From IMG/VR virus record IMGVR_UViG_3300012347_000482, positions 1 through 53,050 of that record: DNA of 53,050 nucleotides. One strand, given 5' to 3'. Origin of the DNA: a virus. Its lineage: Duplodnaviria > Heunggongvirae > Uroviricota > Caudoviricetes. The translations under genes were made by a program, and so were the position numbers. The notes beneath the pieces are model-generated. The model did not search any database. It saw only the letters and a list, made by a program, of their open reading frames with translations, and was not told the DNA's origin. Below are positions 35,816-44,620 of the stretch, piece by piece (within the stretch, counting starts at the first letter, position 1; every line of letters begins with the position of its first letter).

Positions 35816-36177
35816 TATTTAATTCCAAAATGTTTTACAATCTTATGTTTAGTTATAGCAACAAAATGACTCATTCGTTTAGCATCGTCTAAACTAACAA
35901 ACGGACTAGATGTTGCTTGCTCAACTTGTTTAACACACTCCTGAATAATCAACTCGGCAAACTTTTCTGCATTAAGAACTTCTTCAAAAACAACACCGTG
36001 ATCTTGCTGTCGGCATACTTCTACAGTACCAGCTTGCCTGATAAGTTCTTGTATTTGGTTGTTCATATTTACACACTTTTTCTCTCGTAGTGTCATAAGG
36101 TAGTCGTCAGACTGACAAAGTTCACATTTGTAGCTATAAGTTGGTTCACCACACTCACACATTTTCAATCCGTTCAT
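35815..36177 (-). CDS. 'EKFAEL' family protein with N-terminal CxC..CxxC extension
   Basis: CECGEPTYSYKCELC then MNNQIQELIRQAG...AEKFAELIIQEC...VKHFGIK. Confidence 0.8.
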   Translation of the reverse strand: MNGLKMCECGEPTYSYKCELCQSDDYLMTLREKKCVNMNNQIQELIRQAGTVEVCRQQDHGVVFEEVLNAEKFAELIIQECVKQVEQATSSPFVSLDDAKRMSHFVAITKHKIVKHFGIK

Positions 36178-36181
36178 ACAG

Positions 36182-36715
36182 TTAATCCTGTTGGCTTTTT
36201 CTGTAATGCGTTACATAATCCGGTCTACTTTCATTGCCCCAATTACAGTCGCATGCACGTAAATAAGAAAAACTTCCATCTTTTTTCTTGACCGTTATGC
36301 GCTCTCCATATGAAACCGGAATGAGCGATGTAACGTTTTTAATCCAACCTTGGTCTTCTGCTAATTTTGCAATTGCCTTTTCGTTTTCAATGTCTTGATA
36401 TTTTGCCTTAAGACGTTTGTACTCAGCTAGCTCCTTAGCTTCTTTAGCTTTTAACTTATTGATAGCTTTCTCGTGTTGTTCCATACGTTCTTTGTATTCT
36501 TTATCGTTTTCTTTTCGACGTTCGTTAACAAACAATTCCACACCGCCATCGTAACCATAAGGAACAAATCTAAAGTACAAATCACGATCTGGATAATTAT
36601 CTTTGAACTCGTTCATAAGCTCGATAATTTCGTCGGGGGTTCTGTTGTTGAACAAATCATAATAATCAGTTTGAATGTCATCGCACTCAACATCTACAAA
36701 TTTTCTATCAGTCAT
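36182..36715 (-). CDS. Hypothetical phage protein with coiled coil
   Basis: YGYDGG...RKENDKEY.ER...EAKELAEYKRLKAKY. Confidence 0.8.
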   Translation of the reverse strand: MTDRKFVDVECDDIQTDYYDLFNNRTPDEIIELMNEFKDNYPDRDLYFRFVPYGYDGGVELFVNERRKENDKEYKERMEQHEKAINKLKAKEAKELAEYKRLKAKYQDIENEKAIAKLAEDQGWIKNVTSLIPVSYGERITVKKKDGSFSYLRACDCNWGNESRPDYVTHYRKSQQD

Positions 36716-36981
36716 AATTTAATAATTTTATCAATAACGTTGTTAGCAGTAGTACAATCCGGTTGTTCTTGTAGTTGATTGTTTACAAGTTCCAGCTGCA
36801 TCAGATTTACTATCTGTTCAAGTGTTGTAATATTTTCACTAATTTGATCGCAGTCGTCTTCGTTAATAGAGTTGATGATAACATCGCACTCTTTAATAAT
36901 TGCTTCGGCGAAAGGTTCTTCCCAATTGTCAGCTGAAGTAATTTTAGCCTGTTCAATTAGTGTCTTGATACTATCACTCAT
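36712..36981 (-). CDS. 'EKFAEL' family, divergent member
   Basis: IKTLIEQA...EPFAEAIIKEC. Confidence 0.7.
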   Translation of the reverse strand: MSDSIKTLIEQAKITSADNWEEPFAEAIIKECDVIINSINEDDCDQISENITTLEQIVNLMQLELVNNQLQEQPDCTTANNVIDKIIKL

Positions 36982-37216
36982 TATCTTCAATTCCAAAATG
37001 GGTTAATAAATCACCAGGATTCATCCATGGTTCCGAGTTGTCCCATCGTTCGGCAACGTATCGATCACATTCTCGAACAACGGCTTCGACTAGCTTGTCA
37101 ATTGAGCCAAAGTTATCTGATTCAACAGAGTAGCCTAAGTTTTGACCGTCTACATCGGTCATGTCGTAAAAGTAAAAGCCGCAGTCTTCGGCTAATTTTC
37201 TAATTCTTGGATTCAT
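36974..37216 (-). CDS. 'EKFAEL' family small protein
   Basis: MNPRIRKLAEDCG...DKLVEAVVREC...LTHFGIE. Confidence 0.8.
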   Translation of the reverse strand: MNPRIRKLAEDCGFYFYDMTDVDGQNLGYSVESDNFGSIDKLVEAVVRECDRYVAERWDNSEPWMNPGDLLTHFGIEDNE

Positions 37217-37550
37217 TTATTAACTCCATTTCGTTGATACTATAAGCTAACGGTATATCACATTCAGGGATTACTACATACATCCTTTTTGACCTTAAAT
37301 CAATTTCAGTTACTGTACCGTGTGCTAGTTGATTTCTAAATGTAACTTGCACTCGACTACCTTTAAAAATAGAATTCGACAAGCTACCCTTTAACAACAA
37401 CTTACCACGTTGCGGTTCTGTAATGTTTGAACTAACTGGCAACCAATTAAACTCATACCCATATGCGCCCGGAGCAACGTCGGCTAAACACTCAACTGTT
37501 AGTTCAGGGTCAAGTGTTGATAACCAAGTAATCATCTCTTTTACTTTCAT
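37200..37550 (-). CDS. Hypothetical protein (C-terminal SH3/KOW-like)
   Basis: MKVKEMITWLSTLDPEL.V; GSRVQV...GTVTEID. Confidence 0.7.
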   Translation of the reverse strand: MKVKEMITWLSTLDPELTVECLADVAPGAYGYEFNWLPVSSNITEPQRGKLLLKGSLSNSIFKGSRVQVTFRNQLAHGTVTEIDLRSKRMYVVIPECDIPLAYSINEMELINESKN

Positions 37551-37747
37551 TTGAATCGTCCTCTACTCAAGTCGTACAATGCTTGTATAATAAGTATCGC
37601 ATTCACAATAGGGATCAGCGAAATAATCCCAGTAGTTAAAATAACTACTATAGGATCAGTTCGTAGCGTAGATTTGTCAAACCACCAAAACATGTATATG
37701 CAAAAGCAAATCAGTGATAAGATCAAATGTATAACAAGTAGAATCAT
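37547..37747 (-). CDS. Small membrane protein
   Basis: Two hydrophobic helices, ..SLIPIVN motif. Confidence 0.7.
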   Translation of the reverse strand: MILLVIHLILSLICFCIYMFWWFDKSTLRTDPIVVILTTGIISLIPIVNAILIIQALYDLSRGRFK

Positions 37748-37756
37748 GTCAATTCC

Positions 37757-38002
37757 TTATTCAGAGTGTGATTGCACAACTGTGTCGTTGACAATCCCAA
37801 ATCGGTCTCGAACAAGTTTCACTCTAGCAGAGTACTGCTTATACGCCGAATGATTGCACAAACATTCATCAGTAAACAAATCTTTAATGCACTCTTCAAC
37901 AACAAGTTGAGCAAACTTTACAGGATTGACTGTTATACGATCGTCGCTTTGTTCGTTTAGTTCTAAACTTTGTACATACAAATCGTTAATTACTTTGTTC
38001 AT
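37757..38002 (-). CDS. 'EKFAEL' family small protein
   Basis: VKFAQLVVEECIKDL.T.EC...VRDRFGI; closest to 26262-26528. Confidence 0.8.
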   Translation of the reverse strand: MNKVINDLYVQSLELNEQSDDRITVNPVKFAQLVVEECIKDLFTDECLCNHSAYKQYSARVKLVRDRFGIVNDTVVQSHSE

Positions 38003-38228
38003 AGTGTTCCTTAATTAAAGTTACTGCGTGTGTTCTGCTAATCATATCACGTAAGGCTGGATTCAATGAGCGGCAGCAATCATCAATAACTAGCTCGGCA
38101 AACTTCTGTAAGAAGTCGTCCATTCCGACGATACCCTTTGCTCCGCTTTGTTCATAGCCTGCTTGCCTTGCAAGACTCATGATCAACTCATGATTCGTAT
38201 TGCCAGCTACTTTATTAACTGTACTCAT
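37986..38228 (-). CDS. 'EKFAEL' family small protein
   Basis: SLARQAG...LQKFAELVIDDC...IKEHY. Confidence 0.8.
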   Translation of the reverse strand: MSTVNKVAGNTNHELIMSLARQAGYEQSGAKGIVGMDDFLQKFAELVIDDCCRSLNPALRDMISRTHAVTLIKEHYEQSN

Positions 38229-38251
38229 AATATGCCTTTTGTTATGTATAA

Positions 38252-38280
38252 ATTATATTATAAAAATAGCTGGCTGTCAA
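38252..38280 (-). promoter_or_regulatory. Perfect sigma70 consensus promoter TTGACA-17-TATAAT heading the EKFAEL array
   Basis: -10 at 38252-38257, -35 at 38275-38280. Confidence 0.85.
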
Positions 38281-38294
38281 ATTAAATCTTGAAC

Positions 38295-38543
38295 TTAATA
38301 CACGTTGATTGGAATTACTGATGCTTCGGGTGTCATTAAATCCTTGTCCACAGTGTGGAACACAAATTCATCATTGTCTAGATCGATCTCTAAATCGGGA
38401 TCATTTTTAATTTGATTTGTGATGAATTCAATCCTAGCAGTGCGTTCTTCTTCAGTAGCAAATATTTCTACCGGAGTGTAAAAAGTATTCCAGCTTTCGC
38501 TACTACCATTGTCGTAATCATAGTATAATAAAAACAATTTCAT
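38295..38543 (-). CDS. Hypothetical protein
   Basis: 82 aa; GGA RBS. Confidence 0.7.
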   Translation of the reverse strand: MKLFLLYYDYDNGSSESWNTFYTPVEIFATEEERTARIEFITNQIKNDPDLEIDLDNDEFVFHTVDKDLMTPEASVIPINVY

Positions 38544-38564
38544 ATCAATTCCAATCGTTGTTAA

Positions 38565-39020
38565 TCAAGTTGACAAAATGCTGTCTAAAAATTTCGATGT
38601 CACTTCTTCTAGGAAAATTTCCTCGGGAACGTGTTCCACTACAATTTTACTAATTTGTCGAGTGTAATATTCGCCCCCATCGAAAGAAGTATATTGATTC
38701 AAAATATCTAGTGCGACTTCCAAAAAACTGTCATCTAATTGGGTATCTACTACATCTTTATAGTCATCATTAGTAACAATTGCTACACATTCTCGATCGA
38801 ACTTGTATCTAATAGGGTCATCGTAGCTGTTAGAGAAGTGTATATTTCCATACCCTGTCGCAAAACACGAATCTGTTAGCAAGTTCAATAATTCTAAATG
38901 AAATTTAGCTTCAAGTTCGTTAAGTCCGTCAACGGATTTAGTACATTGATAGTCTTCATCACCCTCAAATGAATCTACTACAATACGATAACCTGCTTTA
39001 ATTACACTCATGATATTCAA
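38565..39020 (-). CDS. Conserved hypothetical phage protein
   Basis: IKAGYRI.V.SFEGD.DY..TK.VDGL; GAGG RBS. Confidence 0.75.
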   Translation of the reverse strand: MNIMSVIKAGYRIVVDSFEGDEDYQCTKSVDGLNELEAKFHLELLNLLTDSCFATGYGNIHFSNSYDDPIRYKFDRECVAIVTNDDYKDVVDTQLDDSFLEVALDILNQYTSFDGGEYYTRQISKIVVEHVPEEIFLEEVTSKFLDSILST

Positions 39021-39079
39021 TCCTCAAGTTTAGTTTAAAAATTTCAAAACAGTGCTGATAGTATCAGCACTTGCAACTA

Positions 39080-39502
39080 CTATTCAGCGTCAAGCATATT
39101 CAACATCGATGACAAGTTGTCATATCGTCTGCAACCTGCATAGTAGTACCCTGATTTATACTCAATATAATTGCCTTGTATCACGTGCGGGGCCTTTGCT
39201 AGTGGTCGCTCGTAAAGATAGTCACCGTATCTGGATTTTAAAATTTTGTCAATTTCATCCGCTCTTGGGTGTGTCCGTACATTACGCAGTTTTGGGCTGT
39301 CAGCAATAGTATTACTAATGTGAGCATCATACCCATCTTTTACATAGTTCGGGTTTGTAATAAACAATTCACCGATGAGTTCGTACATTAAGTGTTCGCT
39401 GTCAGTTGTCTTAACAATGTGAGCAATTGCATCACGGTCTTTCGTAAACATTGGGATAACAGTGTTAAGCTGATCAATAAATCTATTCAATACTTGAGAC
39501 AT
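39080..39502 (-). CDS. Hypothetical protein
   Basis: 140 aa; GGAG RBS. Confidence 0.7.
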   Translation of the reverse strand: MSQVLNRFIDQLNTVIPMFTKDRDAIAHIVKTTDSEHLMYELIGELFITNPNYVKDGYDAHISNTIADSPKLRNVRTHPRADEIDKILKSRYGDYLYERPLAKAPHVIQGNYIEYKSGYYYAGCRRYDNLSSMLNMLDAE

Positions 39503-39536
39503 AGGGTACTCCTGGGTTATTACAATTTATGACGAT

Positions 39537-39725
39537 TCACTCTTCGTTGATGTAGCGTGAATTACATTTGGCTAAAATTAAGTTTGTTAATCGAGGTATC
39601 AAATCCCACCCAATATAAAACCCAGCAATTCCGCCGAATACTATATCGGAAATAGTGCGGGGCAATGAAAATACAATACCGATGTACATCATTATAAGTG
39701 CGACTGTAATGATCGTTTTTAGCAT
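39537..39725 (-). CDS. Small membrane protein
   Basis: Hydrophobic, 62 aa; promoter cassette upstream. Confidence 0.7.
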   Translation of the reverse strand: MLKTIITVALIMMYIGIVFSLPRTISDIVFGGIAGFYIGWDLIPRLTNLILAKCNSRYINEE

Positions 39726-39739
39726 ACGTTACCTTTAGC

Positions 39740-39793
39740 TGTTGTTGTTTAAAATGTAATTATAACACAACTTTTTACGGTTGTGTTTGAATT
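39740..39793 (-). promoter_or_regulatory. Stem-loop promoter cassette, copy 4
   Basis: 54 bp identical to 27278-27331. Confidence 0.8.
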
Positions 39794-39804
39794 TTAGCGA
39801 GTAT

Positions 39805-40041
39805 TTAAAAATCAGCAGTCATGTTGCCACTTTCGGTTTCTTCAACATAAACAATTGCAGTTTCAGTAGTATCAGTGTGATCATCATAAAACGATATTCG
39901 ATACATTGCTTGTTCTTGCTCGTTCACTTTTAAGAAAACCGATTCGTCGATCAATACTTCAAAGTAACCGGAGTCGTTCAACACACTGCACAGTTGGTCA
40001 CTAGTAAGTGTTGTCAACTCGTTAATCGATGTGTTGCTCAT
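39805..40041 (-). CDS. Hypothetical phage protein
   Basis: 78 aa; GAGG RBS; ATGA overlap. Confidence 0.7.
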   Translation of the reverse strand: MSNTSINELTTLTSDQLCSVLNDSGYFEVLIDESVFLKVNEQEQAMYRISFYDDHTDTTETAIVYVEETESGNMTADF

Positions 40042-40277
40042 TGCTCTTCCTCTTTGAAATATTGCTCAATCGAATGTTTTGAGTCACCAGTTGATAGATC
40101 CATACATTTTTTAATAATCATGTTAGCGAAGTCTTCTAAATTACCTTCGCCGTAGCCAGTCCCGTCAACATGGCAAAACGCCTGTTCAGCAAGTTCGGCA
40201 ATTTTTCTATTCAGCATATCGATCACGCTCCTCTCCATTACTTTCATTTTCCTCGTTCCATTCACGATCTTCTTCAT
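40038..40277 (-). CDS. 'EKFAEL' family, outlying member (start uncertain)
   Basis: KIAELAEQA...LEDFANMIIKKC. Confidence 0.65.
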   Translation of the reverse strand: MKKIVNGTRKMKVMERSVIDMLNRKIAELAEQAFCHVDGTGYGEGNLEDFANMIIKKCMDLSTGDSKHSIEQYFKEEEQ

Positions 40278-41205
40278 CTAGCACTAGATTTATTGTATCG
40301 CATAATAATCGAAGTGCTCCCGTGCTGTGTGACTGACTACCGTCGTGCCCACCATTTGTCCATTGCTTTCTTGCGGCCATCATAAAGGAGTCGATATAAG
40401 CACCCTTCGCAAAGTCAGTCAATAACGCTTCTAGCTCATCGTGCTTGCCTGTATCAACATAATCAATTATCACTCGATTAATGTCGACTAACCGACTAAA
40501 TCTAAATTTATCAACTCGTAGTAAAGGTATCAATTTATTATAAATATCTGCGTCATGCACCGCCATTTGCAACGATAGTTTCAGCATTGCTTGATATTCA
40601 GTTTCGAGATCCAGTACACGATTATTCAGTATAAGGTTAGTAGTTCGTTCACTAGATTTGGATAATAATTTGCCCGATGCCAAATTGTCAATAAAAGGGC
40701 GGATGTCAGCAACTATATCTTCAAACTTAAATTTAATATACGAGTTCGACCATCCATGTGTTCCCTTCTCTGGTCCAACGTAGTCTTGAACGTGTCTAGT
40801 GTTGAGTATGTGATCGACTACATCTTTACGGAACATAGTAAATGTTAGATGAGTCGGAGTACTAGAATACGGTCGATTAATTACTAGCTTACCGTCATGA
40901 CTTGCTGTAAAAAAATCGTCAACACTAAATGTGTCTTGGTAAACCCCCGATGGCAACTCGTCTTTGTCTATCATCGGTCGAATTGCATCCATGATTAAAT
41001 TGAGTGCAGCTCCTGAACTGTTTTCACCGCCCCCGTAATCATTGTAAACAGATTCGAATGGAATTAATAGCGGACGAAACGCCGAACTAGTATAACAACT
41101 AACTGGTTCGAAATCGCGATGCAATTCCATTACAAATACATATACCGGCGTATCTTCCGCAATGTGCAAACTGCTTAGTCCGCAAGTTTTCATCCATGAT
41201 CCCAT
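40207..41205 (-). CDS. Conserved hypothetical phage protein
   Basis: 332 aa; MGSW..TC.LS.L.I, PF...YNDYG; GGAG RBS. Confidence 0.85.
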   Translation of the reverse strand: MGSWMKTCGLSSLHIAEDTPVYVFVMELHRDFEPVSCYTSSAFRPLLIPFESVYNDYGGGENSSGAALNLIMDAIRPMIDKDELPSGVYQDTFSVDDFFTASHDGKLVINRPYSSTPTHLTFTMFRKDVVDHILNTRHVQDYVGPEKGTHGWSNSYIKFKFEDIVADIRPFIDNLASGKLLSKSSERTTNLILNNRVLDLETEYQAMLKLSLQMAVHDADIYNKLIPLLRVDKFRFSRLVDINRVIIDYVDTGKHDELEALLTDFAKGAYIDSFMMAARKQWTNGGHDGSQSHSTGALRLLCDTINLVLDEEDREWNEENESNGEERDRYAE

Positions 41206-41247
41206 TATAACTCCTATGTGTGTATTGTCTGTCGTAAACAGTAAAAA

Positions 41248-41285
41248 GTGTGGCGTATGCTCAACTTAGTAAACATACGCCACAC
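41248..41285 (-). terminator. Intrinsic terminator
   Basis: 12-bp perfect stem GTGTGGCGTATG/CATACGCCACAC followed by TTTTT on minus strand. Confidence 0.8.
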
Positions 41286-41293
41286 ACTAATTA

Positions 41294-42517
41294 TTATACA
41301 GCTTCGTAAATCACAGTTTGTCCAAACGGAGCGTTTGCCGATGTGTTACCTTTTACAATAAACAACGTATCTGTGTAGTCAGGATCTCCCCAACTGCCGC
41401 AAGGGTAGCCATCTGTGAACATCAAGAACTTCTTAGGCTGAATGTTATTTTCTTTCATAAAGTCAAAGTTAACATCGAAGTCTGTGCCGCCCCCGCCCTG
41501 CAAGTCGTAATCTAACAAGTCCATGCCGTTGTCTTGTGTAATAACCTGCGGATTATATGTTCGTGTATCAAAAGTCCACAATGTAATCTTGTAGTCTTGA
41601 TACTGATCCATAATACCCTTGACCTCGCTTAAGAATGTCATAGCATCTGCATCACCAATACTACCTGACATGTCAATTGCAATACATACGTCAATAGTAG
41701 TATCGTTAGTCATGCCTGGCAAAATAGCACCACTATGCCAGCTCTTGCGATTTGGTCGCTGAAAGCTGTAATCATTACGCACAATACTTTGAATCTCTTG
41801 ACGAATCAGTGTACGCCAATCCATCTTAGGTTCTGTTAAGTCTTTAATCAAACGCTGGATAGCTGCCGGAGTCTTGCCTGCGCCTGCAGCCGCTGCACTC
41901 TGGATCATTGCTTGCTTAATCTCATCGCGGATAGTTTGCATTTCTTCTTTGCTTAAGCGAGGACCACTACCCTTGCCATCTTTGTCGTCGTCTTCGTCAC
42001 CTGGGGCACTTTCTTTCATATGATCGTCTAACAGATCGCCTAACTGCGCTAGTAAATCTGCCATACTAATCTTTTCTGCTTTCTCATACAGCAAGTCGTA
42101 AATTTCTTCCCACGCCATATCGCGATACTTGTTATCTTGACAAATGTCAACTTCTGTAATTACTTCGCCGATCTTCTCGTCAACTAAAATTTGATTAACT
42201 GCGAAGTCCATCGCAATGTTAGCTAACTGCCTATCACGATTGCCTGTGCGACCAAAGTGATCAAGAACACAATGAAGTATTTCATGACACAACAGGAACT
42301 CAACTTTGCGTGTTGACAAAGAATTGACAAAGTCCTTGTTGTAAAAAAAGTTACGACCATCAGTTGCGGCAGTCTTGTATTTGTCGCTAGCCTCAATCAA
42401 TTGCATACGTGTGCTCATGTTGCCGAAGAACGGAGCTTTAATTAACAAGCCCACACGTGCGGTAATTAGCTTGTCTTGGATAGCTGTCATATTAACTGTA
42501 CTTGCTTTGGTGCTCAT
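41294..42517 (-). CDS. DUF2201-type metallopeptidase plus VWA-like protein (MoxR partner)
   Basis: TAATDG..., HEILH (HExxH), AIDMSGSI MIDAS, GGGGTDF, FTDGY; start MSTKA. Confidence 0.9.
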   Translation of the reverse strand: MSTKASTVNMTAIQDKLITARVGLLIKAPFFGNMSTRMQLIEASDKYKTAATDGRNFFYNKDFVNSLSTRKVEFLLCHEILHCVLDHFGRTGNRDRQLANIAMDFAVNQILVDEKIGEVITEVDICQDNKYRDMAWEEIYDLLYEKAEKISMADLLAQLGDLLDDHMKESAPGDEDDDKDGKGSGPRLSKEEMQTIRDEIKQAMIQSAAAAGAGKTPAAIQRLIKDLTEPKMDWRTLIRQEIQSIVRNDYSFQRPNRKSWHSGAILPGMTNDTTIDVCIAIDMSGSIGDADAMTFLSEVKGIMDQYQDYKITLWTFDTRTYNPQVITQDNGMDLLDYDLQGGGGTDFDVNFDFMKENNIQPKKFLMFTDGYPCGSWGDPDYTDTLFIVKGNTSANAPFGQTVIYEAV

Positions 42518-42547
42518 ATATTCCCTTAGTGCTGTTGTTAAAAATAC

Positions 42548-42575
42548 ATTATAGCATAACGCAAACAATTGTCAA
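42548..42575 (-). promoter_or_regulatory. Promoter TTGACA-16-TATAAT with extended -10
   Basis: -10 at 42548-42553, -35 at 42570-42575; second promoter TTTACA-17-TATAAT at 42632-42660. Confidence 0.75.
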
Positions 42576-42669
42576 CTGATATAGTGACATATGATATTTT
42601 TACATATCACTTTTTGCTTGCGTTATGCTATATTATAACACAATGTTTATTGAGTGTAAATGAGTTAAT

Positions 42670-43122
42670 TTATTGGAACGGTTGATTGTAGATGTACTCT
42701 AGCTTGTTATTGCGGTAGAGTCCTTTTTTAACTTGTTCTATTTTAAAATTATAATAATGATGGAACGCTCTGCTGTATTGATGGAACAGCTCTTCGGATA
42801 CTGTGATCAGAGGATGGCGATCCTCGATCAAATCCAGCGTGTGATTAATTAGCCGAATGCCTAACCCTGTATTTTCTAAATCTTTAGTTACCCTTACGCA
42901 TCGTAACTTACCATGCGTACCTTTCTTTGCTATGGCTACGCCGACTAAATTGTCATTGTCATACGCATGGATTAAGATTGATCGACTATCGTCAAGTTGA
43001 TTAACTACTTGATAGTGATACCACGTATTGATATCAGGATAGAACGGGTCCAGACTGGTAATAAAAGGTTTTGACAATAATGCCCTTATCGGGTCTGTTA
43101 CCTGTTCAATAATAATAGCCAT
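42670..43122 (-). CDS. GNAT-family acetyltransferase
   Basis: FYPDINTWY...LVGVAIAK...KLRCVRV...GLGIRL...PLITVSEE...F...Y.F...LYR..K.EY.YN. Confidence 0.75.
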   Translation of the reverse strand: MAIIIEQVTDPIRALLSKPFITSLDPFYPDINTWYHYQVVNQLDDSRSILIHAYDNDNLVGVAIAKKGTHGKLRCVRVTKDLENTGLGIRLINHTLDLIEDRHPLITVSEELFHQYSRAFHHYYNFKIEQVKKGLYRNNKLEYIYNQPFQ

Positions 43123-43140
43123 AGTGGTATCTCTGTTCAA

Positions 43141-43527
43141 TTAAGACAATACGTTGTATCGGTTAACAATACGTTCTTTGCCATCGTAGCAATCAATTAC
43201 AAAATCAGTACCATCGGGTATAGTTACTACTCGCAGTTCTGAAAACGTTGTGTTGGCTAGTTCACCTAGCTCTTCAACTACTTGAACCAATACAGGATCT
43301 GTTCGTTCAATATCATCGTGGTCTAGAAATGTATTGTCTTCGTATTCCGTAGTCGCAGGATCTTTAATAGAGTAAGACCAAAGACCAAACGACAAAGGTT
43401 CGGGGTAAAATTGAATACCTTTAATTTCAAAGTATCGCCTCATGGCTAGATCACTTAGTCCGTAACCCCCATAACAATTGTTAATTACCACTTTCACCTT
43501 AACCGTCCCAACCTTCGCGATTGACAT
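43141..43527 (-). CDS. Conserved hypothetical phage protein
   Basis: KVVIN.CYGGYGLS..A...RTDPVLVQVVEELG..AN...L.VV.IPD....I..YDG.E. Confidence 0.8.
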   Translation of the reverse strand: MSIAKVGTVKVKVVINNCYGGYGLSDLAMRRYFEIKGIQFYPEPLSFGLWSYSIKDPATTEYEDNTFLDHDDIERTDPVLVQVVEELGELANTTFSELRVVTIPDGTDFVIDCYDGKERIVNRYNVLS

Positions 43528-43589
43528 TTTTTAAATTGTTCATAATTTCTCCTTGTTAGTATTCAGTATTTATTACACCAATCTAGCCG

Positions 43590-43841
43590 CTACCAACTAA
43601 TTTCTATAGCCGACAGAAAAGCCTTAACTTTAAATCCAGCATCAACAAAGGGCTGTATGGCTTGACTGGTAATTGCTGTAGACTGATGAGTTTTCATTTC
43701 ATCCGCCCAGAAATTGCCTCGAGCGTAGACTTTGCGTTCGCCGTTGCTAGCCGCTTCTTTAATCTGTTGAAACATTTCAACTACTCGAGTTTCTACTGTA
43801 CTATCGTACAAATCTCTAGCTTGGGTCGCTGTAATTATCAT
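43590..43841 (-). CDS. Hypothetical protein, paralogue of 46100-46369
   Basis: ITA.QAR.L...I.EAA...FWA...GF.VK...ISW. Confidence 0.75.
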   Translation of the reverse strand: MIITATQARDLYDSTVETRVVEMFQQIKEAASNGERKVYARGNFWADEMKTHQSTAITSQAIQPFVDAGFKVKAFLSAIEISW

Positions 43842-43877
43842 TGTCGTCTTTCTTTAAAAAATTTACACACCACTTAC

Positions 43878-44066
43878 TTACATTCGTCGGATTTGATCTT
43901 TAGAGACAATCTGAAAATTGACGTCTTCCATTTTATAGTCTGCCGAAACAAGACCATGAGTCACTGCTTCTTTGATTAAGTTAAATCTAGTAACTGGATC
44001 ATCCTCGAGATCAGCAAATCCAACACATACGTTTCCTACTAACACTCTCCAACAATAATCTGCCAT
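43878..44066 (-). CDS. Hypothetical protein
   Basis: 62 aa; GGAG RBS. Confidence 0.65.
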   Translation of the reverse strand: MADYCWRVLVGNVCVGFADLEDDPVTRFNLIKEAVTHGLVSADYKMEDVNFQIVSKDQIRRM

Positions 44067-44106
44067 ATTATCTCCTATTGTATTAAAAAATTATCTATCC
44101 TAGTCA

Positions 44107-44322
44107 TCATTCGCGAATGATGACTTTATTTATGGTACCGTTTTTGTCTTCGACTAACACAGCACCGCCGTCCTTGACAGTATCGTCAAAGAACTTGTAA
44201 TATGAAATAGCTCGTCGAACAATATCTGCTGTTGTGCATTCTTTATCCAGTGCGAGCTTTTCTAGAAGTGTGTAGTCGTTAGCCAATAAATCAAATGTAA
44301 TTTTATAAACGGTATCTTTCAT
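44107..44322 (-). CDS. Ribbon-helix-helix (CopG-like) DNA-binding protein
   Basis: KITFDL...LLEKLA....TTADIVRRAISYY. Confidence 0.7.
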   Translation of the reverse strand: MKDTVYKITFDLLANDYTLLEKLALDKECTTADIVRRAISYYKFFDDTVKDGGAVLVEDKNGTINKVIIRE

Positions 44323-44334
44323 ATAAGCCTGTAA

Positions 44335-44547
44335 CTAGTTAGCCATGCAACTGTTGTCAGTTGTGGCTTCTTTAAATGTGTGGGGATCAAATTGCAATTT
44401 TTGCACGTACTCGTTCATCCCAAAATAAAACACCCTGTATGGCATGCTTCCGTGAACCAGAAATACAGTGCGTGACGATTTTTTGACATATCGCGCACCA
44501 TTGCAAGTAAACCCATCACCGACTTCTAAGTCTTTAAATTGAAGCAT
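44335..44547 (-). CDS. Stand-alone small beta-barrel-like protein resembling the N-terminal module of the repeat proteins
   Basis: MLQFKDLEVGDGFTCNGARYVKKSSRT. Confidence 0.7.
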   Translation of the reverse strand: MLQFKDLEVGDGFTCNGARYVKKSSRTVFLVHGSMPYRVFYFGMNEYVQKLQFDPHTFKEATTDNSCMAN

Positions 44548-44620
44548 TGTGTGTCCTTTAAATAAAACTAATAATTTATTATAGCACAATTATTAGCGAG
44601 TGTCACGTGGTTTTAACAGT

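Noticed and set aside
22921-39793. 35-bp palindromic repeat as a CRISPR repeat
   Set aside because: Copies are separated by whole genes (0.4-12 kb), not 30-40-bp spacers; it contains an extended -10 box; no cas genes seen
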